Numbered from the stretch's first letter, positions 9,043 to 19,887 are shown. The stretch is DNA of 64,000 nucleotides from an uncultured Actinomycetota bacterium (GCA_963718235.1 CAVQYR010000001.1:992001-1056000), one strand, 5' to 3'. Notes: generated by a model not told the origin, from the letters alone. Made by a program: numbers and translations.

Positions 9043-9531
9043 CTAGGCCGAGGCGGGCCGCTCGGCGATCCACTCGGCCAGGTACTCCTGCTCCCGGGCC
9101 ACCAGCGTCTCCAGGTAACCCCTCACCTGGCCCTCGAGCTGCCGGCCGATCAACGGCACCTTGACCTTGACCTGCACGCCGATCGAGTAGCGCGACCCCA
9201 GGTCGCTCACGGCGATCTCGTTGTCCCCGCCCAGGACGACCGGCGCATGGTCGACCTCGGCATGCCACTCCCCGCGCAGCGGCAACGAGCGGGTGTCCCA
9301 CACGTCGACCTGCACCAGGCGGCCGTCACCGACCAGCCCGCGGGCGGCGCTGGGGATCTTGTCCATCGGCAGCTGCCGTCCGATCCTCAGCTGCACGGTC
9401 CCACCGTCGTCGACCACTTCTGGAGTGCCGACCCCACCGAACCGCTCGTGCCGGGCCGCGAGGTACTGCCGGTCGACCAGGACGGCGAACAGGTCGTGCG
9501 GCGCCAACGGGTACTCGAGTTCGACGACCAT
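9043..9531 (-). CDS. DUF2505 domain protein (SRPBCC/START-like)
   Basis: YPLAPHDLFAVLVDRQYL..VKVKVPLIGRQLEGQV pattern. Confidence 0.8.
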   Translation of the reverse strand: MVVELEYPLAPHDLFAVLVDRQYLAARHERFGGVGTPEVVDDGGTVQLRIGRQLPMDKIPSAARGLVGDGRLVQVDVWDTRSLPLRGEWHAEVDHAPVVLGGDNEIAVSDLGSRYSIGVQVKVKVPLIGRQLEGQVRGYLETLVAREQEYLAEWIAERPASA

Positions 9532-9542
9532 GGCGCGCGACC

Positions 9543-10193
9543 CTACTCGACCGGGCGCCGGAACGCGGCCCGCTCGGAGGCCACCTGCGCCGCCACGTGA
9601 CAGGCTTCCTGGTGGTCGTTCACCAGCCCCATCGCCTGCATGAACGCGTACAGGGTCGTGGGCCCGACGAAGCTCCAACCACGCTTCTTGAGCTCCTTGC
9701 TCAGGGCGGTCGACGCCTCCGAGGTCGGATGGGCGTACAACCAGTCGCGGGTGACCGTGCGGGGGCGCCCCTTCGGGCCGGGCTCGCGCGCCCAGAAGAA
9801 CGCGGCGAGCGAGCCGTGCTCGTCGATGAGTTCCCCGGCCCGCCGGGCGTTGTTGACCGTGGACTCGATCTTGCCCCGGTGCCGCACGATGCCCGGGTCG
9901 GCCAGCAGCCGCTCGACGTCGCGCGTTCCGAACGCGGCCACCCGCTCGATGTCGAATGAGGCGAACGCCGACCGGAAGCTGTCCCGCTTGCGCAGGATCG
10001 TGAGCCAGGACAGGCCGGCCTGGAAGCCTTCGAGGCACAGCTTCTCGAACAGCCGGGTGTCGTCGTCCACCGGACGGCCCCACTCGTCGTCGTGGTAGGC
10101 GCGGTACTCGGGGGTCGACCCGCCCCAGAAGCAGCGCAGCACCCCGCTCTCGTCGGCGTCCAAAACGTCGCCGGCCACGGTTGTCTCGGCCAA
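9543..10193 (-). CDS. tag: DNA-3-methyladenine glycosylase I
   Basis: YHDDEWG, LEGFQAGLSWLTILRKR, GWSFVGPTT and GLVNDH..C motifs. Confidence 0.95.
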   Translation of the reverse strand: MAETTVAGDVLDADESGVLRCFWGGSTPEYRAYHDDEWGRPVDDDTRLFEKLCLEGFQAGLSWLTILRKRDSFRSAFASFDIERVAAFGTRDVERLLADPGIVRHRGKIESTVNNARRAGELIDEHGSLAAFFWAREPGPKGRPRTVTRDWLYAHPTSEASTALSKELKKRGWSFVGPTTLYAFMQAMGLVNDHQEACHVAAQVASERAAFRRPVE

Positions 10194-10309
10194 CGAGCCA
10201 CCTCCGGGCGTTCGGTGCGGGCGGGTCAGCTGAGGCTATCGGGGCCGATCGGCCCTTGCCCTGGGCCACCGGTTGGGCTGGACTGGGGTGAGACGACGGG
10301 AGGTGTCCC

Positions 10310-11407
10310 ATGCCCACCCCGACCCATCCCACGACGTACTGGCACCAGTTGGACGACGGCCGCGTGCAGTGCGACCTGTGCCCACGCGCCTGCAGGCTGC
10401 ACGAGGGGCAGCGGGGTCTGTGCTTCGTCCGGGCCCGCGAGGGTGATGCGATCGTCTCGACGACGTACGGACGCAGCAGCGGCTACTGCGTCGACCCGAT
10501 CGAGAAGAAGCCGCTGAACCACTTCCTCCCTGGGAGCTCCGTGCTGTCGTTCGGCACCGCCGGGTGCAACCTGGCGTGCCGCTACTGCCAGAACTGGGAC
10601 ATCTCCAAGAGCCGGGAGTTCGACACGCTGGCTGACGCAGCATCGCCGGAGCAGATCGCCGCCGCCGCCGTGCGGCTCGGCTGCCGCAGCGTGGCCTACA
10701 CGTACAACGACCCGGTCATCTTCCTGGAGTACGCCGTCGACGTGGCCAAGGCGTGCCGTGCCGTGGGTGTGGAGTCGGTGGCGGTGACCGCCGGGTACAT
10801 CTGCCCGCAGCCACGGGTGGAGTTCTTCGGTGCCATGAGTGCAGCCAACGTGGACCTGAAGGCCTTCAGCGAGGACTTCTACCACAAGCTGTGCGCCGGT
10901 CACCTCCAGCCGGTGCTGGACACGATCGAGTACCTGGTGAAGGAGACTGACGTGTGGGTCGAGCTCACCACGTTGCTGATTCCCGGGTACAACGACAGCG
11001 ACGATGAGATCCACGCCCTGGTCAGCTGGGTCGGCGGGACCCTCGGGCCCGACGTGCCGCTGCACTTCAGCGCGTTCCACCCCGACTTCAAGATGCTGCT
11101 CGTTCCGCCGACTCCGCCAGAGACCCTGAAACGCGCTCGCCAGATCGCTGTGGACGAGGGCCTTCGGTACGTCTACACCGGCAACATCCACGACCCGGTC
11201 GGCGGGACGACGACCTGCCCCGGCTGTGGGGCCGCCGTCGTCGTCCGCGACTGGTACGACCTGCGGCAGTACCGCCTCACCGACGACGGCCACTGCACCC
11301 GGTGCGGAGCCGCCATCGCCGGTCGCTTCGACGGCCCGGCGGGAACCTGGGGCGCCCGCAGGCTCCCGGTGCACCTGGCCGCGGCGACGTCCGGAGGTGC
11401 GCGATGA
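10310..11407 (+). CDS. amrS: AmmeMemoRadiSam system radical SAM enzyme
   Basis: CDLCPRAC N-terminal site, VDPIEKKPLNHFLPG, GCNLACRYCQNWDISK (CxxxCxxC), YVYTGN..TTCPGCG. Confidence 0.93.
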   Translation: MPTPTHPTTYWHQLDDGRVQCDLCPRACRLHEGQRGLCFVRAREGDAIVSTTYGRSSGYCVDPIEKKPLNHFLPGSSVLSFGTAGCNLACRYCQNWDISKSREFDTLADAASPEQIAAAAVRLGCRSVAYTYNDPVIFLEYAVDVAKACRAVGVESVAVTAGYICPQPRVEFFGAMSAANVDLKAFSEDFYHKLCAGHLQPVLDTIEYLVKETDVWVELTTLLIPGYNDSDDEIHALVSWVGGTLGPDVPLHFSAFHPDFKMLLVPPTPPETLKRARQIAVDEGLRYVYTGNIHDPVGGTTTCPGCGAAVVVRDWYDLRQYRLTDDGHCTRCGAAIAGRFDGPAGTWGARRLPVHLAAATSGGAR

Positions 11408-12234
11408 CGACGATGCAGACCCGGTACCCGGCGGTCGCTGGGACCTTCTACCCCGCCGACCCGGTGGCCCTGGCCGACCAGGTCGACGCCTGCCTGCGCG
11501 ACGGTGCAGCGCGGCTGCAGCACCTGCCCACGATCGACCCGCAGCGGGTTCGGGCGCTGGTGGTCCCGCACGCCGGCTACGTCTACTCCGGGCCGGTGGC
11601 CGGCACCGGGTACGCCCTGCTGCCGCGCCTTCGTGACCGGATCAGGGGGGTGCTGCTGCTCGGCCCGGCCCACTACGTGCCCGTGCGTGGCTGCGCGGCC
11701 TCGGGGGCCGATGCCTTCGCCACCCCGCTCGGGGTCATGCCGGTCGACGTCGGGGCCAGGGACACCCTGCTCGCCGCTCCTTGTGCCTACCTCGACGACG
11801 CCGCCCATGCCCCGGAGCACAGCCTCGAGGTGCACCTGCCGTTCCTGCAGCGAACGCTCGGCGACGTCCCCATCGTGCCGATGGTGATCGGGGTCAGCGA
11901 TCCACACCGAGAGGCCTCGCTGATCGAGCCGTTCCTGGCTGATCCCGCGTGGCTCGTGATCGTGAGCAGCGACCTGTCGCACTACCTGCCGTACGACACG
12001 GCCCGAGCACGGGATGCACGCACGGCGTCGGCGATCACCGAGTGCCGCTGGCGCGACCTCGGTGACCACGACGCGTGCGGCTGTCGTCCACTCCGGGGCC
12101 TGCTGCAGGCCTGCGAGCAGCGGCAGCTCGAAGTCCGCCAGCTCGACCTGCGCAACTCAGGCGACACCGCCGGTCCCCGGGACCGGGTGGTGGGGTACGG
12201 AACGTTCGTCGCTCTCGAGGGAGGCTCGTCATGA
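11404..12234 (+). CDS. amrB: AmmeMemoRadiSam system protein B (Memo/LigB fold)
   Basis: PAVAGTFYP, PHAGYVYSG, EHSLEVHLPFLQ, SSDLSHY, ACG and NSGD..VVGYG motifs; ATGA overlap with amrS. Confidence 0.93.
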   Translation: MTTMQTRYPAVAGTFYPADPVALADQVDACLRDGAARLQHLPTIDPQRVRALVVPHAGYVYSGPVAGTGYALLPRLRDRIRGVLLLGPAHYVPVRGCAASGADAFATPLGVMPVDVGARDTLLAAPCAYLDDAAHAPEHSLEVHLPFLQRTLGDVPIVPMVIGVSDPHREASLIEPFLADPAWLVIVSSDLSHYLPYDTARARDARTASAITECRWRDLGDHDACGCRPLRGLLQACEQRQLEVRQLDLRNSGDTAGPRDRVVGYGTFVALEGGSS

Positions 12235-12896
12235 CCGGTGCCACCGAGGAGTCCGACCGGCCGCGACGGGACGGGTCGGTGGGCCACGTCCCCCAGTTCT
12301 CACCCACGCAGCAGCGTGAGCTGCTCGCCCTGGCGACGAACGCGATCGAGCACACGTTGCGCACGGGTCGTCGGGTCGTTCCCGCGGACGCTGACCTCGA
12401 GCCGTGGCTCCGGGAGCCCGCGGCGACCTTCGTGACCTTGCGCCGCGGCTCTCGGCTGCTGGGCTGCATGGGCACGCTCGAGCCCTACCAGGGACTGGCT
12501 GCCGACGTCGTGGAGCACGCGCTCAACGCCGCGTTCGACGACCCGCGGATGCCGCCAGTCGACGACGAGGACTTCGAGCGGATGACGGTGGAGATATCGG
12601 TCCTCGGGCCGCTGAACCCCCTGCGGGTCAGCAGCCGGGCCGAGCTCGTGGCCGTGCTGCGGCCCCACGTCGACGGACTCCTGGTGCGCGCTGACGGCCA
12701 TCGGGCGACGTTCCTGCCCGCGGTCTGGGACAGCGTGGACTCCGCATCGGACTTCGTCGCGCTGCTGTGGCGCAAGGCCGGTCTGGCCGCGAACCGCTGG
12801 CCGTCGTCGACCCGGCTGTGGACCTACGGCGTGTGTGCCTTCGAGGCCCACACCGGGCGGGCAGCATCGTCGAGGGGCGCTAGCGTGACGGCGTGA
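12231..12896 (+). CDS. amrA: AmmeMemoRadiSam system protein A (AMMECR1 domain)
   Basis: ATFVTL..LLGCMG, AAFDDPR, EISVL, ATFLPAVW and KAGL motifs; ATGA overlap with amrB. Confidence 0.92.
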   Translation: MTGATEESDRPRRDGSVGHVPQFSPTQQRELLALATNAIEHTLRTGRRVVPADADLEPWLREPAATFVTLRRGSRLLGCMGTLEPYQGLAADVVEHALNAAFDDPRMPPVDDEDFERMTVEISVLGPLNPLRVSSRAELVAVLRPHVDGLLVRADGHRATFLPAVWDSVDSASDFVALLWRKAGLAANRWPSSTRLWTYGVCAFEAHTGRAASSRGASVTA

Positions 12897-14262
12897 CCCC
12901 CGGAGTCGTCCGACCCTTCTCCGACCTCCCGGGGCCCCAGGGTCCGGACATGCTCAGGGCCTTCAGGCTCATGCGCCGTGACCCTCTCGCCTTTCTCGCG
13001 CAGTGCAGCGCCAGGTACGGGCCGATGGTGACGTTCCCGATCCCACGGGCCTCGGTCGTGTTCGTCGACGATGCGAGTGCCGTCCGCCAGGTCCTGCAGA
13101 CCAACCACCGCAACTACGGCAAGCGGACCATCCAGTACGACGCGCTGTCACTGGTGACCGGTGAGGGGCTGCTGACCTCGGACGGGGACGCGTGGCGGGC
13201 GATGCGCCGACTCCTGCAGCCGGCGTTCCACCACGACACCCTCGGGGCCGTGGTCTCCGGGGTCGAGGACGCTGCCGAGGCGATCGCGACCGAGTGGCGC
13301 TCCACCGGCGGGCAGGAGGTGTTCGACCTCGACGAGGCCATGATGCGGACCACCCTGCGCGTGGTCGGGGCCACCCTGTTCGGGGCCGACCTCGGCGAGG
13401 TGTCGGCCCGCCTGGTGGCCGCCGTGGTCAGCGCGCTGGACGTCGTGGTCGCGCGCGCCCAGCTACCGGTGAGCCCACCCGACTGGGTTCCCACCCGCGG
13501 CAACGTCCGGCTGCGGCGCAGCCTGCAGGCCCTCGACGAGGCGGTCGACCAGCTGGTGGCCCGACGACGGCGACGCCCGCTCGGCCACGACGTCCTGGGC
13601 CTGCTGCTCCAGGCCCAGGACGCCGGCGACATCACCGCCCGGCAGGTCCGCAACGAGGTCGTCACGCTGATCGTGGCCGGGCACGAGACGGTCGCCGCGA
13701 CCATGACCTGGACCTGGCTGCTGCTGGACCAGCACCCCGAGGTCCTGGCGAAGCTGCGGCGGGAGGCCGACGCCGTCCTCGGGGCCGATCGAGCGAGCCC
13801 GGTCCATCTGGCGACCGTCGACGCGCTGCGTCTCACCCGCGCGGTCGTCGACGAGTCGCTGCGCTGTATCCACCCGCGTGGGTGATCAGCCGTCGAGCCC
13901 TCGGCCCCGACGTCCTCGGCGGATATGGGATCCCGACCGGTGCGATCGTGATCATGAGTCCCTACCTGGTCCACCGTGACGCTGCCCTGTGGGATCGGCC
14001 GGAGGACTTCGACCCGGCCCGGTTCCTCGACGTGCGCCGCGACGACGTCGCGCGCGGCAGCTACCTCCCGTTCGGGGCCGGGCCGCGGCTGTGCATCGGC
14101 CGGGACCTCGCGCTCCTCGAGGCGACCTTGCTCACCGCCGTGCTCGTCCGCGACTTCGAGGTCCACCCGGTCGACGCCGACCACGTGCGCGCCCACGCCG
14201 GCGTCACGATCCGCCCCGTGGGCGGGCTGCCCAGCCGGGTCGTCGCCCGGGTGTGTCTCTGA
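12893..14262 (+). CDS. Cytochrome P450 (one apparent 1-bp frameshift near 13865)
   Basis: GEGLLTSDG, I-helix AGHET, ExxR ESLR, then in another frame LYPPAW, FDPARF and heme motif PFGAGPRLCIG. GTGA overlap with amrA. Confidence 0.9.
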
Positions 14263-14285
14263 TCACGTCAGGCGTCGCGGCCGTG

Positions 14286-14301
14286 TGTGCGGTTGATCAC
14301 A
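14286..14301. promoter_or_regulatory. Putative CRP/GlxR site upstream of pckG
   Basis: TGTGC-GGTTGA-TCACA, a 9/10 match to TGTGA-N6-TCACA. Confidence 0.5.
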
Positions 14302-14401
14302 ATAGGCGCCCCGAAGGTGAAATCTGAGCGTTCGGCGTGGAGCGCGCGGCCGATTTAGGGCACTCTTCCTCATAGCCCTTCGACGCGCAGGAGAGGTAAC
14401 C

Positions 14402-16243
14402 ATGGCGATCCCCGGACTCCAGAACCCACCCACGACGAACGCGAAGCTGATCAAGTGGGTCGGCGAGATCGCCGAGCTGACCCAGCCCGACCGGGTCGAG
14501 TGGTCCGACGGCTCGCAGGAGGAGTGGGACCGGCTCACCCAGGAGATGGTCGACGCCGGCACGATGATCCGGCTCAACGAGCAGAAGCGGCCCAACAGCT
14601 TCCTCGCCCGTTCCAACCCCAGCGACGTGGCGCGCGTGGAGAGCCGCACCTTCATCTGCGCCGAGCGGGAGGCCGATGCGGGCCCCACGAACAACTGGCG
14701 CGACCCGGCTTCGATGCGCGCGGAGCTGAAGCCACTGTTCGCCGGCTCGATGCGCGGGCGGACGATGTACGTCGTCCCGTTCTCGATGGGCCCGCTCGGC
14801 TCCCCGATCGCCGAGCTCGGCGTCGAGATCACCGACTCGCCCTACGTCGTGACCAACATGCGGATCATGACCCGGATGGGCAAGGACGCCCTTGCCCTGA
14901 TCGGTGACGACGGTGACTTCGTCCCGGCCGTGCACTCGGTGGGCTACCCCCTGGTCGACGAGAACGGCGAGAAGCGCGACGACGTCGCCTGGCCGTGCAA
15001 CGACACCAAGTACATCGTCCACTACCCCGAGACCCGTGAGATCTGGTCGTACGGCTCCGGCTACGGCGGCAACGCCCTGCTCGGCAAGAAGTGCTTCGCG
15101 CTGCGGATCGCCTCGGCGATGGCCCGCGACGACGGCTGGATGGCCGAGCACATGCTCATCCTCAAGCTGACCGGACCGTCGGGGAAGGTGCACTACATCA
15201 CCGGCGCGTTCCCGTCGGCCTGCGGCAAGACCAACCTGGCCATGCTCGAGCCGACCATCCCTGGCTGGAAGGTCGAGACCGTCGGTGACGACATCGCCTG
15301 GATGCGGTTCGGCGACGACGGCCGGCTGCACGCCATCAACCCCGAGGCCGGCTTCTTCGGGGTGGCCCCGGGAACGGGCGTCAAGACCAACAAGAACGCC
15401 ATCGAGGCCCTGTGGGGCAACTGCATCTACACCAACGTCGGGCTGACCGACGACGGTGACATCTGGTGGGAGGGGCTGACCGACGACCAGCCGGCGCACC
15501 TCATCGACTGGAAGGGCAACGACTGGACGCCGGAGTCCGACGTCCCGGCGGCGCACCCGAACGCCCGGTTCACCGCGCCGGCGGCCCAGTGCCCGTCGAT
15601 CGCGGACAACTGGGAGGACCCGGCAGGGGTGCCGATCTCGGCGATCCTGTTCGGCGGCCGGCGTGCCACCAACGTGCCCTTGGTCAACGAGTCGTTCGAC
15701 TGGGAGCACGGCGTCTTCATCGGCGCCACGGTGTCCAGCGAGCAGACCGCCGCGGCCGAGGGTGCGGTCGGCGACCTGCGTCGTGACCCGTTCGCCATGC
15801 TTCCCTTCTGCGGCTACAACATGGCCGACTACTGGGGCCACTGGCTGGACATCGGCCAGGCGACCGAGGCGGCCAAGCTGCCCCGCATCTACCAGGTCAA
15901 CTGGTTCCGCAAGGGGCCCGACGGCTCGTTCCTGTGGCCCGGCTTCGGGGACAACAGCCGCGTGCTCGACTGGGTGATCCGGCGGCTCGAGGGCAGCGTC
16001 GGGGCGGTCGAGACGCCGATCGGCAACCTGCCGCACCCGGCCGACCTGAACCTCGACGGGCTCCAGATCGGCGAGGAGGCCCTGACCGAGCTGTTCGCCG
16101 TCGACGCGAAGCGCTGGATCGACGAGGCCGAGCTCACCGAGGCCTACTTCCAGCAGTTCGGTGACCACCTGCCCCAGGCGCTGACCGACCAGCTCGCCGC
16201 CCTGCACGCTCGGCTCGAGGCGGCTCAGCAAGCGTCTGAGTGA
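14402..16243 (+). CDS. pckG: Phosphoenolpyruvate carboxykinase (GTP)
   Basis: [37 protein letters not shown] and AHPNARF motifs. Confidence 0.98.
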   Translation: MAIPGLQNPPTTNAKLIKWVGEIAELTQPDRVEWSDGSQEEWDRLTQEMVDAGTMIRLNEQKRPNSFLARSNPSDVARVESRTFICAEREADAGPTNNWRDPASMRAELKPLFAGSMRGRTMYVVPFSMGPLGSPIAELGVEITDSPYVVTNMRIMTRMGKDALALIGDDGDFVPAVHSVGYPLVDENGEKRDDVAWPCNDTKYIVHYPETREIWSYGSGYGGNALLGKKCFALRIASAMARDDGWMAEHMLILKLTGPSGKVHYITGAFPSACGKTNLAMLEPTIPGWKVETVGDDIAWMRFGDDGRLHAINPEAGFFGVAPGTGVKTNKNAIEALWGNCIYTNVGLTDDGDIWWEGLTDDQPAHLIDWKGNDWTPESDVPAAHPNARFTAPAAQCPSIADNWEDPAGVPISAILFGGRRATNVPLVNESFDWEHGVFIGATVSSEQTAAAEGAVGDLRRDPFAMLPFCGYNMADYWGHWLDIGQATEAAKLPRIYQVNWFRKGPDGSFLWPGFGDNSRVLDWVIRRLEGSVGAVETPIGNLPHPADLNLDGLQIGEEALTELFAVDAKRWIDEAELTEAYFQQFGDHLPQALTDQLAALHARLEAAQQASE

Positions 16244-16303
16244 TCGACCCGCCCCCCCACGCGTGAGAGGCTGCACCTCCCGACGTCTCGGTGAGGGAGC
16301 AAC

Positions 16304-18052
16304 ATGTTCGACCAGTGGTTGACCGCAGGGGTCGTGCTGGCCACGGTGGTCGTGCTGGCCACCGAGCTCGTTCCACCCTACGTGGGCATGCTGGGCGCCG
16401 TCGTCGTGCTGTTCGTGGCCGGGGTGATCGACTTCGGTGAGGCGTTCGGCGGCTTCTCGAGCAGTGCGGTGATCGCGATCTCGGCGTTCTACGTGATCGC
16501 CTACGCGATCAACAAGACCGACGCCCTGCGACCCCTGCTGACCCGGATCATGCCGCAGCAAGGGGGCCTCCGAGGGGGGCTGACCAGGCTCGCCGTGCCG
16601 ACCGCCGCCCTGTCCGCCTTCGCGAACAACACCCCGATCGTGGCCATGCTGATCGATCCGGTGCGCGCGTGGGGCCGACGCAACGGGTACCCGGCGTCCC
16701 GGCTGCTCATCCCGGTGTCCTACGCCAGCATCCTCGGCGGCGGCCTGACCCTGATCGGGACATCGACGAACCTGATCGTCTCCGACCTGCTGGTCTCGGC
16801 CGGGCAGGAGCCGATGGCGTTCTTCGAGCCGGTGCAGGTGGCGCTGCCGGTGGCACTGGTCGGGCTGGGGGTCATCGTGCTGCTCGGCCCGGTCCTGCTG
16901 CCCGACCGCAGTGGGGCGGTCGGCGAAGAGGCAGGTACCCGGCGCTACACCGTGACGATGCAGGTCGAACCGGCCGGCCCGCTGGACGGCCTGGCACTGT
17001 CGGCCGCCCATCTGGACCACGTGCGGGTGACCCGGGTGGAACGCGAACACGACCGTTTCGAGCCCGACTCCGATCCGGTGCTGCGCGGTGGCGACCGGAT
17101 CACCGTACGTGCGTCGGCGGCGGACATCGTCGACCTGGACCTGACCCGTGGGCTGAGCTCGTTGCTGCCGGGTATGGAGACCGCCATCGACCTGCGTCGG
17201 GCCAGGGTCTACGAGGGGGTCGTCGGCCGCGGCTCGTGGCTGTCCGGCAAAAACCCCGCAGCGTTGGACCTGTTGGACCGTTACGGCGCGGGCCTGCTCG
17301 CGGTGCACAAGGGTGACGACACCCAGCACCGCCCGGTCGACCGGGTCGAGCTGCACCGCGGCGACACCCTGCTGCTGGTCGCCGAGCGGGGCTTCCGGCA
17401 GAACTTCCACGCGGCCGACGACTTCATCCTCGTGTCCCCGGTCCGCGAGGTGACTGCGCCGGCCAGCCGGTTCGCGCCGCTGACCGGAGTGGTCCTCGTG
17501 GGGGTTGTCCTGCTGGCCGCGCTGGGGCTGCTGCCCATCGCCGTCGCGGCCGTCATCGGCGTGCTGGTCCTCGTGCTCGCCAAGGTGGTGAGCCCTGACG
17601 AGGCGCTGAAGGCCATCGACCTGACCGTCGTGGTCCTCATCGGGGCGGCCTTCGGCCTGGGTGCCGCGGTGACGGCGTCCGGACTCGACCAGACGATGGC
17701 TGACTGGTTCACCGAGTCACTCGGCGGGTTCGCCGACGTGTTCTTCGTCGCCGCGATCCTCGGCGCGACGCTGGTCCTCACCGAGCTGATCAGCAACAGT
17801 GCGGCGGCCATCCTGGCCGTACCGATCGCCCTGAGTGTCGCCTCGGCGGCCGAAGGAGTGGACCCCCGGCTGCTGGCGATCGCGGTGGGCGTCACCGCGG
17901 GTTTCTCGTTCCTGACCCCGGTCGGCTACCAGACCAACACGATGGTCTACGGGCCCGGCAACTACCGGTTCGCCGACTTCAGCCGGCTGGGCGTGCCGAT
18001 GGCCGCCACGGCCCTCGTCGTCGGCACCGCAGCGGTGGTCGCGCTGTCCTAG
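16304..18052 (+). CDS. SLC13/DASS family permease with TrkA-C domains
   Basis: SAFANNTP, GGLTLIGTSTN and FLTPVGYQTNTMVYGPGNYRFADF motifs; soluble central region. Confidence 0.9.
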   Translation: MFDQWLTAGVVLATVVVLATELVPPYVGMLGAVVVLFVAGVIDFGEAFGGFSSSAVIAISAFYVIAYAINKTDALRPLLTRIMPQQGGLRGGLTRLAVPTAALSAFANNTPIVAMLIDPVRAWGRRNGYPASRLLIPVSYASILGGGLTLIGTSTNLIVSDLLVSAGQEPMAFFEPVQVALPVALVGLGVIVLLGPVLLPDRSGAVGEEAGTRRYTVTMQVEPAGPLDGLALSAAHLDHVRVTRVEREHDRFEPDSDPVLRGGDRITVRASAADIVDLDLTRGLSSLLPGMETAIDLRRARVYEGVVGRGSWLSGKNPAALDLLDRYGAGLLAVHKGDDTQHRPVDRVELHRGDTLLLVAERGFRQNFHAADDFILVSPVREVTAPASRFAPLTGVVLVGVVLLAALGLLPIAVAAVIGVLVLVLAKVVSPDEALKAIDLTVVVLIGAAFGLGAAVTASGLDQTMADWFTESLGGFADVFFVAAILGATLVLTELISNSAAAILAVPIALSVASAAEGVDPRLLAIAVGVTAGFSFLTPVGYQTNTMVYGPGNYRFADFSRLGVPMAATALVVGTAAVVALS

Positions 18053-18073
18053 CCTGGCCCCACCGACGGGCGG

Positions 18074-19300
18074 TCAGTCGATCGGGTCCCGGTCGACGGG
18101 GCAGGTCATGCAGCGGGGTCCGCCCCGTCCGCGGCCCAGCTCGCTGCCGGCCACGGCGGCGACCTCCACGCCGTTGTCGCGCAGCATCGCGTTGGTGCGC
18201 AGGTTGCGTTCGTAGCCGACGACGACCCCGGGGGACAGGGCCAGGAAGTTGTTGCCGTCGTCCCACTGCTCGCGCTCGGCGTCACCCATGCTCATCTTGG
18301 CCACCAGGATCTTGGCGTCGACGGCCAGTGCGTCGCTCAGCCCCTGTCGCAGCGAGGAGTTCTGGTCGACCTTCAGCTGGTCGCCGTCGAGGGTCAGGGT
18401 GAACGACCGGACCGAGTCGATCAGGCCCGGGTAGGCGACGAACGTGTCGGTGTCGACCATCGTCATCACCGTGTCGAGGTGCATGAACGCCCGCTGCTTG
18501 GGCAGCTGGACGACGACGACCCGGTCGGCGACCCCCGCGGCGAAGAGCCGGCAGGCCAGGACCTCGACCCCTTGGGCCGTGGTGCGCTCGGACAGGCCGA
18601 TCAGCATCGAGCGGTTGCCGATCACCTGCACGTCACCGCCCTCGATGGTGGCGGGACCGTAGGGGGCGTCGCCCTCGCCGAGCCACACGGAGAACCCGTC
18701 GGGACGGTTCCATGCGTCGCGGAACAACGGGTGCCAGCGGTAGATGAGGTAGGTGTGCAGAGTCTCGCGCTTGCGGGCGGGCTTGCTCATCGGGTTGAGG
18801 GAGACGCCACCGTAGGCCCATGCCGAGTTGTCGCGAGTGAACATGGTGTTGGGCAGCGGAGTCATCAGGAAGTCGTCGTCGCCAAGTGACGACCACAACA
18901 ACCCGTTCACATTGGTGGTGAGGTCGGACTTCAGGATGCCGCCGATCCACAGGCGAGCGAGGGTGCGGCCGTCGACGCTGCGGCCGAGGTCGCGCAGCGG
19001 CTTGGCCAGCGCGGGTCCGACCGTCCGCTCGTTGAGCAGGCGGTCGAATGCCCAGTCGCGGGCCTCGTCGTCCTCCAGCGCCTCGCCGAGCAGCCGGCCG
19101 TAGTCGAGCACCTCGACGCCGCGCTCGGTCATCGCCGCCACGAACGCATCGTGCTCCTCGCGCGCCCGGGCGGCCCACACCACGTCGTCGAACAGCAGGT
19201 CGTGCCGGTTGGACGGCGTGAGCCGGTTGAGCTCCATGCCGGGGCGGTGCACGATGACCCGGCGCAGCCGCCCGGTCTCCGAACCGATGGTGAACGCCAT
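18074..19300 (-). CDS. arcA: Arginine deiminase
   Basis: [40 protein letters not shown] and [16 protein letters not shown] (catalytic Cys). Confidence 0.95.
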   Translation of the reverse strand: MAFTIGSETGRLRRVIVHRPGMELNRLTPSNRHDLLFDDVVWAARAREEHDAFVAAMTERGVEVLDYGRLLGEALEDDEARDWAFDRLLNERTVGPALAKPLRDLGRSVDGRTLARLWIGGILKSDLTTNVNGLLWSSLGDDDFLMTPLPNTMFTRDNSAWAYGGVSLNPMSKPARKRETLHTYLIYRWHPLFRDAWNRPDGFSVWLGEGDAPYGPATIEGGDVQVIGNRSMLIGLSERTTAQGVEVLACRLFAAGVADRVVVVQLPKQRAFMHLDTVMTMVDTDTFVAYPGLIDSVRSFTLTLDGDQLKVDQNSSLRQGLSDALAVDAKILVAKMSMGDAEREQWDDGNNFLALSPGVVVGYERNLRTNAMLRDNGVEVAAVAGSELGRGRGGPRCMTCPVDRDPID

Positions 19301-19350
19301 CCCACTTCCCTTCGTCACCGTGATCGTGGCAGATCACCGGTCGCCGGGAG

Positions 19351-19415
19351 AGGTCAGGCTCGGAAGGTCAGGCTCGGAAGGTCAGGCTCGGAAGGTCAGG
19401 CTCGGAAGGTCAGGC
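19351..19415. repeat. 14-bp tandem repeat, about 4.6 copies
   Basis: (AGGTCAGGCTCGGA)x4 + AGGTCAGGC; includes the trxA stop codon. Confidence 0.95.
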
Positions 19416-19790
19416 GGGGGAGGCCTCGGCGGTGGCTGCCTGCGCGACCTGACGGTGCACATCGTCCATGTCGAGGGCCGACAGGGCGCCGATCAGCTTC
19501 TCCAGCTCGGGGGCAGGCAGGGCGCCGGCCTCGCCGTAGACCATGACCTTCTCCCGGAACGCGACCAGGGTCGGGATCGAGGTGATGCCGAACATCGCGG
19601 CCAGCTGCGGCTGTGCCTCGGTGTCGACCTTGGCGAACACGATGTCGTCGTGGCTCTCGCTGGCGGCCTCGAACACCGGGCCGAACGCCCGGCACGGGCC
19701 GCACCACGCGGCCCAGAAGTCGACGAGCACCGTGTCGTTGCCCGTGATGACCGACTCGAGGTTCTCGGCGGTGAGGGTGATCGTGGCCAT
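19410..19790 (-). CDS. trxA: Thioredoxin
   Basis: LVDFWAAWCGPCRAFGP and SIPTL motifs. Confidence 0.95.
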   Translation of the reverse strand: MATITLTAENLESVITGNDTVLVDFWAAWCGPCRAFGPVFEAASESHDDIVFAKVDTEAQPQLAAMFGITSIPTLVAFREKVMVYGEAGALPAPELEKLIGALSALDMDDVHRQVAQAATAEASPA

Positions 19791-19834
19791 GCCTGCTCCT
19801 GCGGACGACGGGGTGGGGTACGAGGGTCCCAACG

Positions 19835-19850
19835 ATACCCCAGGGGGTAT
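19835..19850. promoter_or_regulatory. CsoR/CstR/RicR-family operator
   Basis: Palindrome ATACCCC-AG-GGGGTAT with TAC..GTA ends and C/G tracts, between divergent trxA and DUF302. Confidence 0.75.
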
Positions 19851-19887
19851 TATTCCGGAAGCAGACCTTCGACGAGAGGAAGTCATC

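Noticed and set aside
9543-10309. Functional link between tag glycosylase and the divergent AmmeMemoRadiSam operon
   Set aside because: Only adjacency; I saw no shared operator, SOS box or PafBC motif in the gap.
19351-19415. Tandem repeats here and at 45452-45553 as CRISPR arrays
   Set aside because: Units are contiguous with no unique spacers, and no cas genes are present.
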